A stretch of 64,000 bases of DNA from assembly GCA_963666315.2 (NCBI GenBank), contig CAXXHG010000010.1, forward strand, positions 1-64,000, given 5' to 3'. Positions 10,017 through 20,136 of this stretch are shown here, piece after piece. A program made the position numbers and the translations under genes. The stretch comes from Candidatus Binatia bacterium. Its GTDB lineage: Bacteria > Desulfobacterota > Binatia > Bin18. The notes under the pieces were generated by a model that saw only the letters and a list, made by a program, of their open reading frames with translations, was not told where the DNA came from and made no database searches. How positions within the stretch are numbered: position 1 is the stretch's first letter; each line of letters begins with the position of its first letter.

Positions 10017-10565
10017 TTAAAACCCCTCCAACCCATCGTCCAACTGCACCCCAAGCGTGTTGAGCGCCATGGACACCAAATTGTACTGGCCCACAGCAAA
10101 CACCATATCGATGAGCTGCTTCTTATCAAAATGCTGAGTCAGCCCCCGCCAGGTCGGATCGCTAATAAACGCGTCCTTACGCAATTCATCCGTAGCCTGC
10201 AACAAGAGTTTATCCGCTTCGCTCCATCCTCTCGCGTTCGGACCGGCCTTGATACGGTCGATCTCCTCAGCGCTCAGCCCAGTCTCTTTACCAATCAGCA
10301 CATGCTGACCCCACTCATACTCGGCCTCACACAGCCAGCCTATGCGCAGAATAATCAGCTCCCGTTCGCGCGGCGGCAGAGAGGATTTAAACAGCACATG
10401 ATTGCCAAACACCAACCAGCGGCGAAACAGATCAGGATGATGGGCCAGCGTCTTGAAAATATTAAAGACCGTCCCCTTTTCGACGTTGGGCTGCAAGGTC
10501 TTCTTGATCTCGTCAGTCCAGTCCTCCGGTTCAATAGGCTCCAGACGGGGTTTAGCGAGTTTCAT
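10017..10565 (-). CDS. Carboxymuconolactone decarboxylase/AhpD-like family protein
   Basis: LAHHPDL, LPPRERELIILR, YEWGQH. Confidence 0.85.
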   Translation of the reverse strand: MKLAKPRLEPIEPEDWTDEIKKTLQPNVEKGTVFNIFKTLAHHPDLFRRWLVFGNHVLFKSSLPPRERELIILRIGWLCEAEYEWGQHVLIGKETGLSAEEIDRIKAGPNARGWSEADKLLLQATDELRKDAFISDPTWRGLTQHFDKKQLIDMVFAVGQYNLVSMALNTLGVQLDDGLEGF

Positions 10566-10760
10566 GCAAGTCTCCTTTCCTCATCTCGGTTTGTGTGAGG
10601 GGAGCATAGCTTGAGTTCGCAGGAAGTGCCAGGGAAGGGCATTTACCAAACCGAACTGAACGGATAGTAGAGAATCTTAAGAGCACAAACATCGAATCAC
10701 TCTTTACTGGAACGCCTCTTTATCGGCAACGGAATTTAGTGATCTGTCCGGATAACCTCC

Positions 10761-11396
10761 TTGGGGATTCATCTTATTCAGAAAGGGGAGTCTGCTTTAA
10801 AACCAGTAGTAAGGATAATCTTAGACCAAGTTTACAAAAGAGCTTTCGATTATAAAACTTCGATATTTCTTTGCGGCGCTAGCAAAAACTCTCCTGATTC
10901 AGTACGCGCTCAAGTCGATCGAATGCTCCGTGCATGGAGATTCTCGTATCGTTATGATCTTGTATATTCGGAGGACTTATTCGACGAATTACTTTTTGGC
11001 CAAAATCATCAAGACCTTTTGACATTAGAAAATATCCTCGCCGACAGCGTCGATGCCATAGTACTCATTATAGAGAGCTATGGTGCGGTTGCAGAACTCG
11101 GAGCGTTCGCAGGTAGCGAAAGTCTTCGGAAGAAATCAGTCTGTGTTGTCGATAGAAAATATAAATTATCAAAAAGTTTTATCAATTATGGTCCTGTAAG
11201 GTTGCTCAAAGACAAAGGTGAGGGAGTGACCCTTTTTGTAGACTATTCCAAAATTGGAGATACGGACGAGTCAATCCGCAGGTTACCTCCGGGCTTCAGC
11301 TTGGCAAAACGTTTCGTTGGTTCGCCATCCGCGAACGTACCGCGTATAAACATTGGTTTGAACGCGCGGTCACACGTGCGACACGCACGCTATTAG
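10761..11396 (+). pseudogene. Retron Eco1(Ec86)/St85-type effector homolog (NDT-like), C-terminally truncated, no RT nearby
   Basis: IFLCG, EDLFDELL.GQ..LLTLENILA, ESYGAVAELGAF and SFINYGPVRLL match the recalled Ec86 effector. AT-richer DNA. Similarity ends at about 11280. Confidence 0.8.
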
Positions 11397-11489
11397 TGCC
11401 GGCCCACGGCGATGTGCTTCAGGACGCAGAGCTGCCGCGGAGTCTTTTAACATTGGTGCATGCCCGGCTCTAAGATTAAGGAGAAGCGT

Positions 11490-12146
11490 GTGAAATTGTA
11501 CGAACATCCAGAGTCGGGCAATAGTCATAAGGTCCGACTGTTACTGTCATTCTTGGGCATTGAGTACGAACCCGTTGTTGTCGATCTCATGACCGACGAA
11601 CAACATAAAGAATCGTTTCAGTCCATCAACCCACGCGGCGAAGTTCCCGTTCTCAATGACGATGGAGTCATCCTGCACGATTCCATGGCTATCCTCGTCT
11701 ATCTGGCAACCAAGTATGATGAGCAAAGGAATTGGCTGCCCAAAGATACTGCGAGTACGGCACACGTCATGGAATGGCTGGCGTTTGCCGCAAGCTGGAT
11801 TCAGTACGGTGTATTTACGGCGAGGGCGATTGTTTCATTCGGCATTTCGGGCAATGGCCTGCCACATACGTTTAGCGGCGGCAACGTCGAGGAAGCCCAC
11901 ATACGTGGGCATACGTCGCTTACCATCATGGAGAAGCAATTGTCCGGACAGGACTGGTTGTGTGGAGACGCGCCGACCATTGCCGATGTGGCCTGCTTTC
12001 CGTATATCGCGCTCGCTCCGATGGGCGATATTTCTTTGGAGCCCTACCCTGCCGTACGAGCCTGGATCGCTCGTTTTAAAGAATTGCCGAGCTATCTCGA
12101 TATGCCTGGACTGGAGAATCCAGGTTATAGAAAAGGGGCACGTTAA
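11490..12146 (+). CDS. Glutathione S-transferase
   Basis: SGNSHKVRL, INPRGEVPVL, DSMAIL, TIAD. GTG start with AGGAG RBS. Confidence 0.9.
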   Translation: MKLYEHPESGNSHKVRLLLSFLGIEYEPVVVDLMTDEQHKESFQSINPRGEVPVLNDDGVILHDSMAILVYLATKYDEQRNWLPKDTASTAHVMEWLAFAASWIQYGVFTARAIVSFGISGNGLPHTFSGGNVEEAHIRGHTSLTIMEKQLSGQDWLCGDAPTIADVACFPYIALAPMGDISLEPYPAVRAWIARFKELPSYLDMPGLENPGYRKGAR

Positions 12147-12298
12147 AGATATTTCCTCTTCTGGGCCAGATTAGGGAGACATCTCCGCTGTGTGTCAAGA
12201 CGTTTGGACTCAGGGGTAGTGTATCTTCTCGACCCAAGTCCTTGAACACGCGAACACAGGATCATAGCGTGGGCACTCATAAAAAGGAGGGAAGGAAA

Positions 12299-13315
12299 AT
12301 GAGAACCAGGACAATCTTCTATCTCTGGCACATCATCCTACTGATGACATTGCTGATGACACTATTGACGGCCCCGCAGACTGCCGTGGCCCATAGTGTT
12401 GCGTACGAGCAAGACTCGAATAATGACAAGGTTATGGCAGCCCAAAAATACGGCGGAGCGCGTAAGAGCACGGGAGAAGTTACCGTCACCTACTATGGAC
12501 ATATGGCCGTCAAGATCACCTCGCCGCGCGGGCTGGAGGTCTTCATAGACCCATGGCGCAACGATCCTACGAACACATACGGCATGTGGTACCAAATGCA
12601 TATGCCCAAGACACGGACCGATATCGCGCTGGTGACACATGCGCATTTTGATCACGACGCAACCGAACGGCTCGACGCCAGCATGATCCTCGATCGTATG
12701 GCCGGCAAGTTTGAACTTGGCGACGTCAAGATTTTGGGCATTGCGGAAAAGCATATGTGCGAAGCGCAAGGCAAATATCCGCTTCGCAGCGCGGTGATTG
12801 CTGCGATTGATAAAGACCCGTGTCCGCCTGACGAGAGCATGCAGTGGAATAATAGCCTGTATATCATTGAAACGGGCGGACTCCGCCTCTTGCACTGGGG
12901 TGACAACCGCCAGAATCCGCCGGATCATATTTGGGACATGATCGGAGAAGTTGACATCGCGTTTCTAGCGGTGAGCGACGATGGACATATCTTGAGTTCC
13001 AAGTGGGCGGATGTGGTGATGAAAAAAATGGGAGCCAAAATCATTATTCCTTCTCACTACTACATGCATGGCATAGGCGTTCCCAATGCGGGCGGACTCG
13101 AACCCGCGCTGGAGTGGACGAAAAAGCATGCGCATACCATTCTTGAAGGCCATACCCTCGTCCTTACGCCAGAGAAAGTTGGTAAGTACAAGCAACATGT
13201 GATGTATTTCGGCGACCATGTCCCGTTTGCTGTAACTGGAACGCTGCCAGAACCCCAAAAAGAACTACCCCCGGTTCCTGAGCCCGCAAAAGCCTGGGAG
13301 CGCTTTGCGCACTGA
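12299..13315 (+). CDS. Secreted MBL-fold metallo-hydrolase
   Basis: Signal peptide ending AVA, THAHFDH, HWGD, IIPSHY. Confidence 0.8.
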   Translation: MRTRTIFYLWHIILLMTLLMTLLTAPQTAVAHSVAYEQDSNNDKVMAAQKYGGARKSTGEVTVTYYGHMAVKITSPRGLEVFIDPWRNDPTNTYGMWYQMHMPKTRTDIALVTHAHFDHDATERLDASMILDRMAGKFELGDVKILGIAEKHMCEAQGKYPLRSAVIAAIDKDPCPPDESMQWNNSLYIIETGGLRLLHWGDNRQNPPDHIWDMIGEVDIAFLAVSDDGHILSSKWADVVMKKMGAKIIIPSHYYMHGIGVPNAGGLEPALEWTKKHAHTILEGHTLVLTPEKVGKYKQHVMYFGDHVPFAVTGTLPEPQKELPPVPEPAKAWERFAH

Positions 13316-13371
13316 CGCGCATTTGCGCGCTGACTCAACTCCAAGACGGATAGCATTCAAAGGAGGACCAT

Positions 13372-14247
13372 ATGAAATTAGTCACTTTCACGCAGGCCGG
13401 ATCAACGCGCATCGGTGTTTTGGATGGAGATGCCGTTATTGATTTGTCTGTTGCCGCGCCGGATCTTCCCCGCGAGATGTGCGCCTTTTTGGCCGCAGGG
13501 GCGGACGCTTTAGCGGCGGCCGGCAAAGCCGGCGGCAATAGCGCGGCCCGGCTTGCTCTTGCCGACATCACACTGGAAGCGCCGATTCTCCGGCCGCCTA
13601 AGCTTTTGGCTGTTGGACTCAATTACAGAGACCATATTGCCGAAACCGGCATGAAGACACCCGAAGTCCCCATGATCTTCAACAAACAATCCACCTCAGT
13701 TACCGGTCCCGGCGGAGTTATTCACATTCCCCGTGCTTCGGACAAGGTGGACTATGAAGGCGAACTCGGTGTGGTCATTGGCCGTTACTGCCGCCATGTG
13801 CCGAAGAATCGCGCCGCTGAAGTCATCGCCGGCTATACCATCGCCCACGATGTCAGCGTTCGTGACTGGCAGCTTCGGGTCCCCACCTTCACCATGGGCA
13901 AGTCCTTCGATACGCACTGTCCGATTGGTCCCTATATCGTGACTTCGGATGAAGTCGGCGACCCGCATACCCTGGATCTGAAAACGTGGGTAAACGGCGA
14001 ACTCAGACAAGACTCAAATACGTGTCAGTTGTTGTTTAATAGCTTTGAATTGATTGAACATCTCTCAACCGGCTTTACCCTGGAGCCTGGTGACATCATC
14101 TCCACCGGTACGCCCAGCGGCGTGGGTTTCGCCATGAAGCCGCCCAATTATCTCAAGCCTGGGGATACGGTCAAAATTGCGATTGACAAGCTGGGCGAGT
14201 TGGAGAACCCGGTGGTTGCCGAGCCGGAGAATACGGCTCGGATGTAG
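13372..14247 (+). CDS. Fumarylacetoacetate hydrolase family protein
   Basis: GLNYRDH, DYEGEL, DVSVRDWQ, GKSFDT, TGTPSGVG. Confidence 0.92.
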   Translation: MKLVTFTQAGSTRIGVLDGDAVIDLSVAAPDLPREMCAFLAAGADALAAAGKAGGNSAARLALADITLEAPILRPPKLLAVGLNYRDHIAETGMKTPEVPMIFNKQSTSVTGPGGVIHIPRASDKVDYEGELGVVIGRYCRHVPKNRAAEVIAGYTIAHDVSVRDWQLRVPTFTMGKSFDTHCPIGPYIVTSDEVGDPHTLDLKTWVNGELRQDSNTCQLLFNSFELIEHLSTGFTLEPGDIISTGTPSGVGFAMKPPNYLKPGDTVKIAIDKLGELENPVVAEPENTARM

Positions 14248-14252
14248 GGAAC

Positions 14253-14283
14253 AGGTGGGTCCGCGGACGTCCCCGGACCCACC
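14253..14283. repeat. REP-like hairpin / bidirectional terminator candidate
   Basis: GGTGGGTCCG..CGGACCCACC between convergent genes, similar to 18623-18648. Confidence 0.5.
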
Positions 14284-14296
14284 CACCTCATTCTGT

Positions 14297-15466
14297 TTAC
14301 AGCCGGACAGGCGGATAATACACCTCGTCGCCCAGCGCTTGTACCTGGGCGAAAAACTCCGGCCCGGATGCCTTGCCGACTTCTTCGAGTTCCAAGCTCT
14401 GACGGATATAATTCCAACTCTCGGGGCGGAGGCGTCGGGCTTCGGCGAATGCCTGTTGAGCATCCTCAGTATGGCCTTGATCGAACAGATATTGCCCCAG
14501 GCGGAAGTGTGCCGCAGCTTGGACCTGACTCTCAGTCGGACCTTGCACTCGTGCACCCGCCTCTTCGGCTGAGAGCGCATACGGACTCGCGTCCCCGTTC
14601 TTGACCCAATCGCGGAGCGCGTCCACATATTGTTCGCGCTTCTTGATGCCTTCGAGAGCAACATCTGCCGGAATCTGAAAAGTTTCCACGTTCATTTGAC
14701 GGAACCCGTCCGTTGTTCCAGCACTCTCCGTAGGACGGACTATGCGACCTTCCTCGTTAATCCATACCGCTGTGGGAACGTTTACCATATTGTAGAGTTC
14801 CGCGACCAAGTGCTTTTCATCAATCAAGCACGGATAGGTCGGGACTGCGGCATGGCTGGCGAGTTCCGCAGACCAGCCCATAATGTCTTGCAACTCTTTT
14901 GGAATCTCGATGGCGGGAGGTCGAATCCAATCTTTCACCGCCTCGACTCCGCCCGTGTCAAACGCAACCGCGATAATGACGAAATTCTGCGCTTTGAGTT
15001 CTTCGTAAATACCCTGCCAGACTGGCAGGTCAAAACGGCAGCCTCACCACGAGGCCCAGGAGAATAGCAGGATTTTCTTACCCCTATAGTCAGACAGGGA
15101 ATGCGACTTTCCGTCCAAGTCGGACAACGTAAAGTCCGGCGCTTGGAGTGAGGTGAGCGCATCGCTGCGGAGCCCTGCCGGCTCACCAAAAAACCACGCC
15201 GCATGGCCATCATGATGAACAACAGGCTGGCCTTGCAAACGCGCGAGAGCAACTAGGTTGAATTCGGTCTTATCCGCACGCAGAAACTCGGACTCCCGTC
15301 CGTCAGGGATGGGCACACACACATCGCCGAGACACGCACCCTGAGGTTTGAGTTCCCAGCCCGTAGTACTCTGCAACTCGTTCAGAGTGAACCACAGGTT
15401 ATCTCCGTCAGCTTGCGCCCCCGCCTGTTGTGGGGGTTGTTCTCCATACAGTAGCGTAATCGACAT
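14297..15466 (-). CDS. Selenoprotein: TlpA/ResA-like redoxin with WASW-U-GC motif and C-terminal TPR (about 389 aa)
   Basis: ORFs 15044-15466 and 14297-14938 are in the same frame, separated only by TGA at 15046-15044. Read-through gives FSWASW-U-GCRFDLPVWQ, a thioredoxin-fold active site. Confidence 0.85.
15013..15029 (-). promoter_or_regulatory. Bacterial SECIS-like hairpin
   Basis: CCUGCCA-GUC-UGGCAGG, a 7-bp stem with GU-containing loop starting 14 nt after the UGA. Confidence 0.7.
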
Positions 15467-15623
15467 GGCGACTTCCTCCGTTCGTAGTAGGATATCTTCC
15501 CCTATCCGATTTTCTTTTCATTTCACACTGTCCCACTCATCCTTGTTCCGTCGTCCTCACGGCCCGTGTTACAAAACCTCCGAACACCGGTATACTTTCA
15601 GCAGGACAGAGGGAGGACACACG

Positions 15624-16496
15624 ATGAGACTCAACGGAAAAGTCGCCGTCATCACAGGCGGTGCCAGTGGTATGGGGCGCGCAACCGTGTTGCGCTTTCT
15701 GAATGAAGGCGCGCGTGTCGTCATTGCCGACTTTAATGCAGAGAATGGAAACGCCGTTGCGGCCGAGGCGAAAGTCACCGGCCACCGGGATGCCGTGCGT
15801 TTTATTAAGATCGATGTGGCAGAAGAAGCCGACATTGAGGCCATGATCAATCTGGCGCTCGTGGAGTTTGGGCGCCTGGATATTATCTTTAACAACGCTG
15901 GTGTTGGCGGCGCTGTCGGCCCGATATGGGATATCGAAGTTGAAGAATGGGACTATACCTTCGACGTGCTGACCAAGAGCGTGTTCCTGGGCATCAAACA
16001 CGCGGCTCGGGCAATGAAGCAGCAAGGCCAGGGGGGTGCAATCATCAATACGGCATCCACCGCAGGACTCAGTGGCGGCAGCGGGCCGTTGGTCTATTCT
16101 GCGGCAAAGGCAGCCGTTATCAATCTGACGAAGGCCGCAGCCGTACAACTCGCACCTGACCGGATTCGGGTCAACGCCATCTGTCCCGGAGGCATTCTGA
16201 CGGGATTGACCACTCGGGGCGATCCCGAAGCTGCCGCAAAATTTCTCGATACCTTTCAGCCCTGGCCCGAGCACGGAAAGGGTGAAAACATCGCGGGTGC
16301 AGCGGTGTTCCTGGCGAGTGAGGACTCTGCGTTCGTCACCGGAGAGGCACTCGTAGTTGATGGCGGACTGACCGCTATTGGTCCGGACATGTGGCAACGA
16401 TTCGGCATCACCCAAGAAGCCCAGGCGCGCAAAAGCCATATCAACCGTGGCAGTACGGGCGAGGCGATGACGTCGCGACCGACGAAGCCGATCTAA
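15624..16496 (+). CDS. SDR family oxidoreductase
   Basis: TGGASGMG, NNAG, YSAAK, VDGG. GGAGG RBS. Confidence 0.9.
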   Translation: MRLNGKVAVITGGASGMGRATVLRFLNEGARVVIADFNAENGNAVAAEAKVTGHRDAVRFIKIDVAEEADIEAMINLALVEFGRLDIIFNNAGVGGAVGPIWDIEVEEWDYTFDVLTKSVFLGIKHAARAMKQQGQGGAIINTASTAGLSGGSGPLVYSAAKAAVINLTKAAAVQLAPDRIRVNAICPGGILTGLTTRGDPEAAAKFLDTFQPWPEHGKGENIAGAAVFLASEDSAFVTGEALVVDGGLTAIGPDMWQRFGITQEAQARKSHINRGSTGEAMTSRPTKPI

Positions 16497-16611
16497 ACCA
16501 GGGTCGATGTCGGCCAGATTAGGCGAGAATCAATCTAAGCATTTTCATTCGTATATTCATTCGCATGTTCCTGCGAAGGCTGTGGCCGGCTGAGGAAAAA
16601 GGAAATAGAGG

Positions 16612-17049
16612 ATGAGGTGGAGGAAATATTTACGACTAGGCGCTGTGCTTGCTGTGTGTATCAGTCTCGTCTGCGTATCAGGCTGTGCTACGTACGAAAA
16701 GCGACAGATGGTTGTCACCGCCTATTCGTCGGACCAGATCAGTACCAACTGGCAGCGAGGGCGCATCCTATTCTGGCGCGCCTATGTGGCCAGTGGCCCG
16801 AATAAAGGCAAGCGCAAAATCGTGGGTCTCACGTCCAGCGGGACCAAGGCCAGTAAAGGCACGATCGCTGCGGATACACGTTATTACCCGTATGGCACCG
16901 TCATGAAAATCCCCGGCTACGGCAAAGGCGTAGTGGAAGATATCGGCAGCGCCATTAAGGGCCCGCACCGTCTTGATGTGTATTTCTCCACGCGCAAAAA
17001 AGCCCTCAAGTGGGGCCGCCAGAAACTGACGGTGAAGATTAGGCAGTAG
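16612..17049 (+). CDS. 3D-domain lipoprotein (lytic transglycosylase-like)
   Basis: Lipobox VSGC, VTAY, TIAAD, EDIGSAIKG, RLDVY. Confidence 0.85.
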   Translation: MRWRKYLRLGAVLAVCISLVCVSGCATYEKRQMVVTAYSSDQISTNWQRGRILFWRAYVASGPNKGKRKIVGLTSSGTKASKGTIAADTRYYPYGTVMKIPGYGKGVVEDIGSAIKGPHRLDVYFSTRKKALKWGRQKLTVKIRQ

Positions 17050-17086
17050 AAAAATGTATGGCCTAAATTTGATCGTTGTATATTCG

Positions 17087-17175
17087 CGTTCATGCTTCGA
17101 CAGGCTCAGCACGAACGGGTTCCCCCAACGATGGAGCCTTTTCCGCTCACCCTGAGCTAGTCGAAGAGCGAGCGG
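17087..17175. repeat. Paired CTTCGACAGGCTCAG-type REP-like element
   Basis: CGTTCATGCTTCGACAGGCTCAGCACGAACG plus inverted partner CCGCTCACCCTGAGCTAGTCGAAGAGCGAGCGG. Confidence 0.7.
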
Positions 17176-17186
17176 CTAGGACACTA

Positions 17187-18142
17187 ATGGATAGGCATCA
17201 AAAAAATACGTCAGCATCCGCCCCCACAGCCGCTCGCGGCATTGTGTATATGCTGGCTGCAGTAGCCCTCCTCTCCACGAGTGACGCTGCAACAAAATGG
17301 CCCGCGCCGCATTACTCGGTCGTGCAAATTATCTTCGTGCGCGCGGTCCTGCGGGTGCTTCCTGCCGCCCTTTTTGCACTCTTGGAAGACGGTAAACAGG
17401 GCCTCATCCCGCACCTGCACGTCCTGCGCACGGAGCTGATGCTGGCGGCTTGGGGACTGTTCATTCTGGCCATCCGTGTACTGCCATTAGCCGACACCTA
17501 CACCATAGTCTTTGGCGCGCCACTCTTCATGGCCCTGTTTGGACGGATTTTTCTGGGTGAGCAGGTCACGCGACAACGCTGGGTCGCGGTGTGCATCGGC
17601 TTTGTCGGAGTGATGATTGGTCTCCAGCCCTCAGGAGCTGGTCTGGGACGGCCGGTCTTGCTGGCGTTGGCTGCAGCACTCGTCTGGGCGTTTGCAACAA
17701 CGGCCTCGCGCAAGCTGGGTCAAAATGAGCGCAGCACTACAGTCTTGTTCACGTATATCCTGCTCAGTCTTGTCGCGACCGTTCCCTTTGTTGTCGCGCA
17801 GTGGACGCCGATTGCGACCGAGCATGTGTCCACCTTTATCCTGATGGGTGTGATTGCAACCGTAGCGCATTGTTTCCTGGCTCAGGCGTTCGGTATAGCG
17901 AAGTATCCCTCCTGGCCCCGTTTGAATATACCGGGCTGGTGTGGGCCATAGGCTTAGGCTTTTGGCTCTGGGGAGATGTTCCCACCCGCATCACGTTGAC
18001 AGGAGCCACGCTCATTATTGGCAGCGGGGTATATGGTCCAGCACGAAAGCCGGACGATGAAAAAACAAGCTGGCGAATTGTCCGACCTCTTCTGAAGAGG
18101 TCGGACAAGAGGTTGCCTAAGGACGCCTCCTCGGAGGAGTAG
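17187..18142 (+). pseudogene. DMT/EamA transporter with frameshift near 17890
   Basis: APLFMALFG..FLGE. The frame switches at AQAF|RYSEVSLLAPFEYTGLVWA. Confidence 0.75.
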
Positions 18143-18165
18143 CGCAACAGTACAAAACGTAAACC

Positions 18166-18600
18166 ATGACAAACACGTCCTTCCTCCAGCAAGAACTCCA
18201 ACGTCGGCCGCGGTGGATGAATCTCCTGTTCGTCTGGTGCGTAATCTTAGCCCTTGGCGTTCCATACGAATTGTTCTCCAGACCAGTCGCCGAGGATATT
18301 GAAGTCTGGTTCGGCTTTGAGCTGACCGGTTGGCTCGCCAAAGGAGGCGGGCTTATTCATGTCCTGATCTTCACCGCCGGGACGTGGGGTTTCTGGGAAA
18401 TGCGCGCGTGGATGTGGCCGTGGGCGTGTGTGTATGTCGCCCAAGTGGCAATCAGCCATTTGGTATGGAGTGAATTGAGTCCAAACGGTCGAGGCTGGCC
18501 GACCGGGCTGCTTCAAGCTGTGGGGATTTCAATTATGGCTGTGCTGCTGTGGCGAGCAAGGCCGTTGTTTCAGAAGAGCAAGCATCGTAGGGTGGGTTAG
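18166..18600 (+). CDS. Hypothetical four-TM membrane protein
   Basis: Four hydrophobic segments, Trp-rich. Confidence 0.7.
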   Translation: MTNTSFLQQELQRRPRWMNLLFVWCVILALGVPYELFSRPVAEDIEVWFGFELTGWLAKGGGLIHVLIFTAGTWGFWEMRAWMWPWACVYVAQVAISHLVWSELSPNGRGWPTGLLQAVGISIMAVLLWRARPLFQKSKHRRVG

Positions 18601-18648
18601 GGTAGCGTAACCCGCCGAAAATGGTGGGTCCGGAAGGACCCGCCCTAC
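18587..18648. repeat. GTAG REP doublet
   Basis: GTAGGGTGGGTTA..TAACCCGCC ... GGTGGGTCC..GGACCCGCCCTAC. Supplies the TAG stop of the upstream gene. Confidence 0.7.
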
Positions 18649-18658
18649 CTTTATTTTC

Positions 18659-20065
18659 TCAAACCTCCGGCTGTTTGGTATGCCATTCCGTTGCCTGTTC
18701 ATAGGCGTACGCTGCCTGCAGGATCGTGCCTTCCTCACCATGCCGGCCCACAAGCTGAAGACCCAACGGCAGACCATTATCCGTAAATCCGCACGGCAGC
18801 GTGACGGTTGGGCTACCACTAAAATCCATCGGTCCGGTAAAAGCTAACAAAGCCGGGACATCATCCGCCGGCAGTACGGCCTGGGGTGAGAAATCTTTGA
18901 CTTCCATGGGCGGCGTGGACATTGCCGGACAGAGCAAAATATCAACCTCTTGTAATACATCCTCAATCAAACGTCGTACTGACTGACGGGCAATATGCGC
19001 CTTGACATAGTGCGCCCCACTGACTTTGACCCCATCTTCCAGGAAAGCCCGGAAAGTCGGTCCATAATCATCCGCCCGAGAGGGAAAGGTCTCGGCGTGG
19101 GCAGCAGCAGCTTCGGCCGCACACATGGCATACCACAGCGGCGTGGCGTCATTGATCCCGGACACATCGACCTCGTGGATCTCAGCCCCAAGGTCTTTAA
19201 AAACCTGCACGGTGGCAAGAACGGCGTTCCGCACCACCGCGTCTACGCCTTTTGTGCAGTATGATTCGTCAACACCAAACCGCAGGCTTCCTGCTCCGTT
19301 GTACACAGTGTCCATATAATCGCGCACGGTTTCGCGTATGGTCGTAGGATCCTTGGGATCGAAGCCGGCAATCGTCCGCAGAATGGCTGCTGCATCGGCC
19401 ACACTCCGGGTCATAGGGCCGACATGGTCAAGGGTTTCTCCCAAAGGAAACACGCCATAGCGGCTGACCTTGCCATACGTCGGCTTGACACCAACAATGC
19501 CGCAGCAGGCTGAAGGAAAGCGAATCGAGCCGCCCGTGTCTGAGCCCAATGAGCCAAAACACAGCGAGGCTGCGGTTGCGGCTCCGGATCCACTCGACGA
19601 AGCCCCGGGCCAATGCTCGGCGCTCCACGGATTGATCGGCGGTTGCATCGACGGGTGATAGCCGGACAAGGCAAACTCAGTCATGGCCAGTTTGCCCAGC
19701 ATCACTGCCCCCGCTTCGTAAAACCGGTCGACCACTGTCGCATTGAAAGCCGGCTTATGGTCGGCATAGATCGGAGACGCCGCCGTGGTGGGAATACCTT
19801 TGGTGTAACACAGGTCTTTCACCGCAATCGGAATCCCATGCAACAGCCCCCGATACGTCCCGTTTTGGATTTCTTGTTCAGCCGCTTTGGCCTGTTCCAG
19901 GGCCAGGTCTGAGGTGACGGTGATATAGCTGTGGAGCTTACCATCCAGACTGGCAATGCGGTCAAGCATGCCTTGGGTCAGCTCGACTGGTGAGACTTCT
20001 TTGTTCTTGATGAGTTCGGCAACCTCAGTCAGGGTTTTGGTACATAGTTCGGAAACGTTCGGCAT
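18659..20065 (-). CDS. Amidase signature family protein
   Basis: AVKDL, GASSSGS, GSDTGGSIRFP. Confidence 0.9.
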   Translation of the reverse strand: MPNVSELCTKTLTEVAELIKNKEVSPVELTQGMLDRIASLDGKLHSYITVTSDLALEQAKAAEQEIQNGTYRGLLHGIPIAVKDLCYTKGIPTTAASPIYADHKPAFNATVVDRFYEAGAVMLGKLAMTEFALSGYHPSMQPPINPWSAEHWPGASSSGSGAATAASLCFGSLGSDTGGSIRFPSACCGIVGVKPTYGKVSRYGVFPLGETLDHVGPMTRSVADAAAILRTIAGFDPKDPTTIRETVRDYMDTVYNGAGSLRFGVDESYCTKGVDAVVRNAVLATVQVFKDLGAEIHEVDVSGINDATPLWYAMCAAEAAAAHAETFPSRADDYGPTFRAFLEDGVKVSGAHYVKAHIARQSVRRLIEDVLQEVDILLCPAMSTPPMEVKDFSPQAVLPADDVPALLAFTGPMDFSGSPTVTLPCGFTDNGLPLGLQLVGRHGEEGTILQAAYAYEQATEWHTKQPEV

Positions 20066-20136
20066 GGTCGGGCCCTCCTTTGTCATTTCGCTCTTAGCAC
20101 TTTCTCTTGGGGAAAGGAAAGCTACAATGCACCGTA

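Noticed and set aside
10600-10760. Possible retron msr-msd ncRNA upstream of the effector
   Set aside because: No a1/a2 inverted repeats or long msd stem are visible.
15537-16439. Long antisense or overlapping ORFs (also 51690-52403, 53612-54349, 53877-54692)
   Set aside because: They are shadows of well-supported genes in GC-rich DNA and show no motifs.
16500-16611. c-di-AMP (ydaO) riboswitch expected upstream of a 3D-domain gene
   Set aside because: Conserved riboswitch motifs were not seen, only a short TTCATTCG repeat.
20095-20125. TTAGCAC half-site resembling CIRCE
   Set aside because: The matching GAGTGCTAA arm is absent and no chaperone gene is adjacent.
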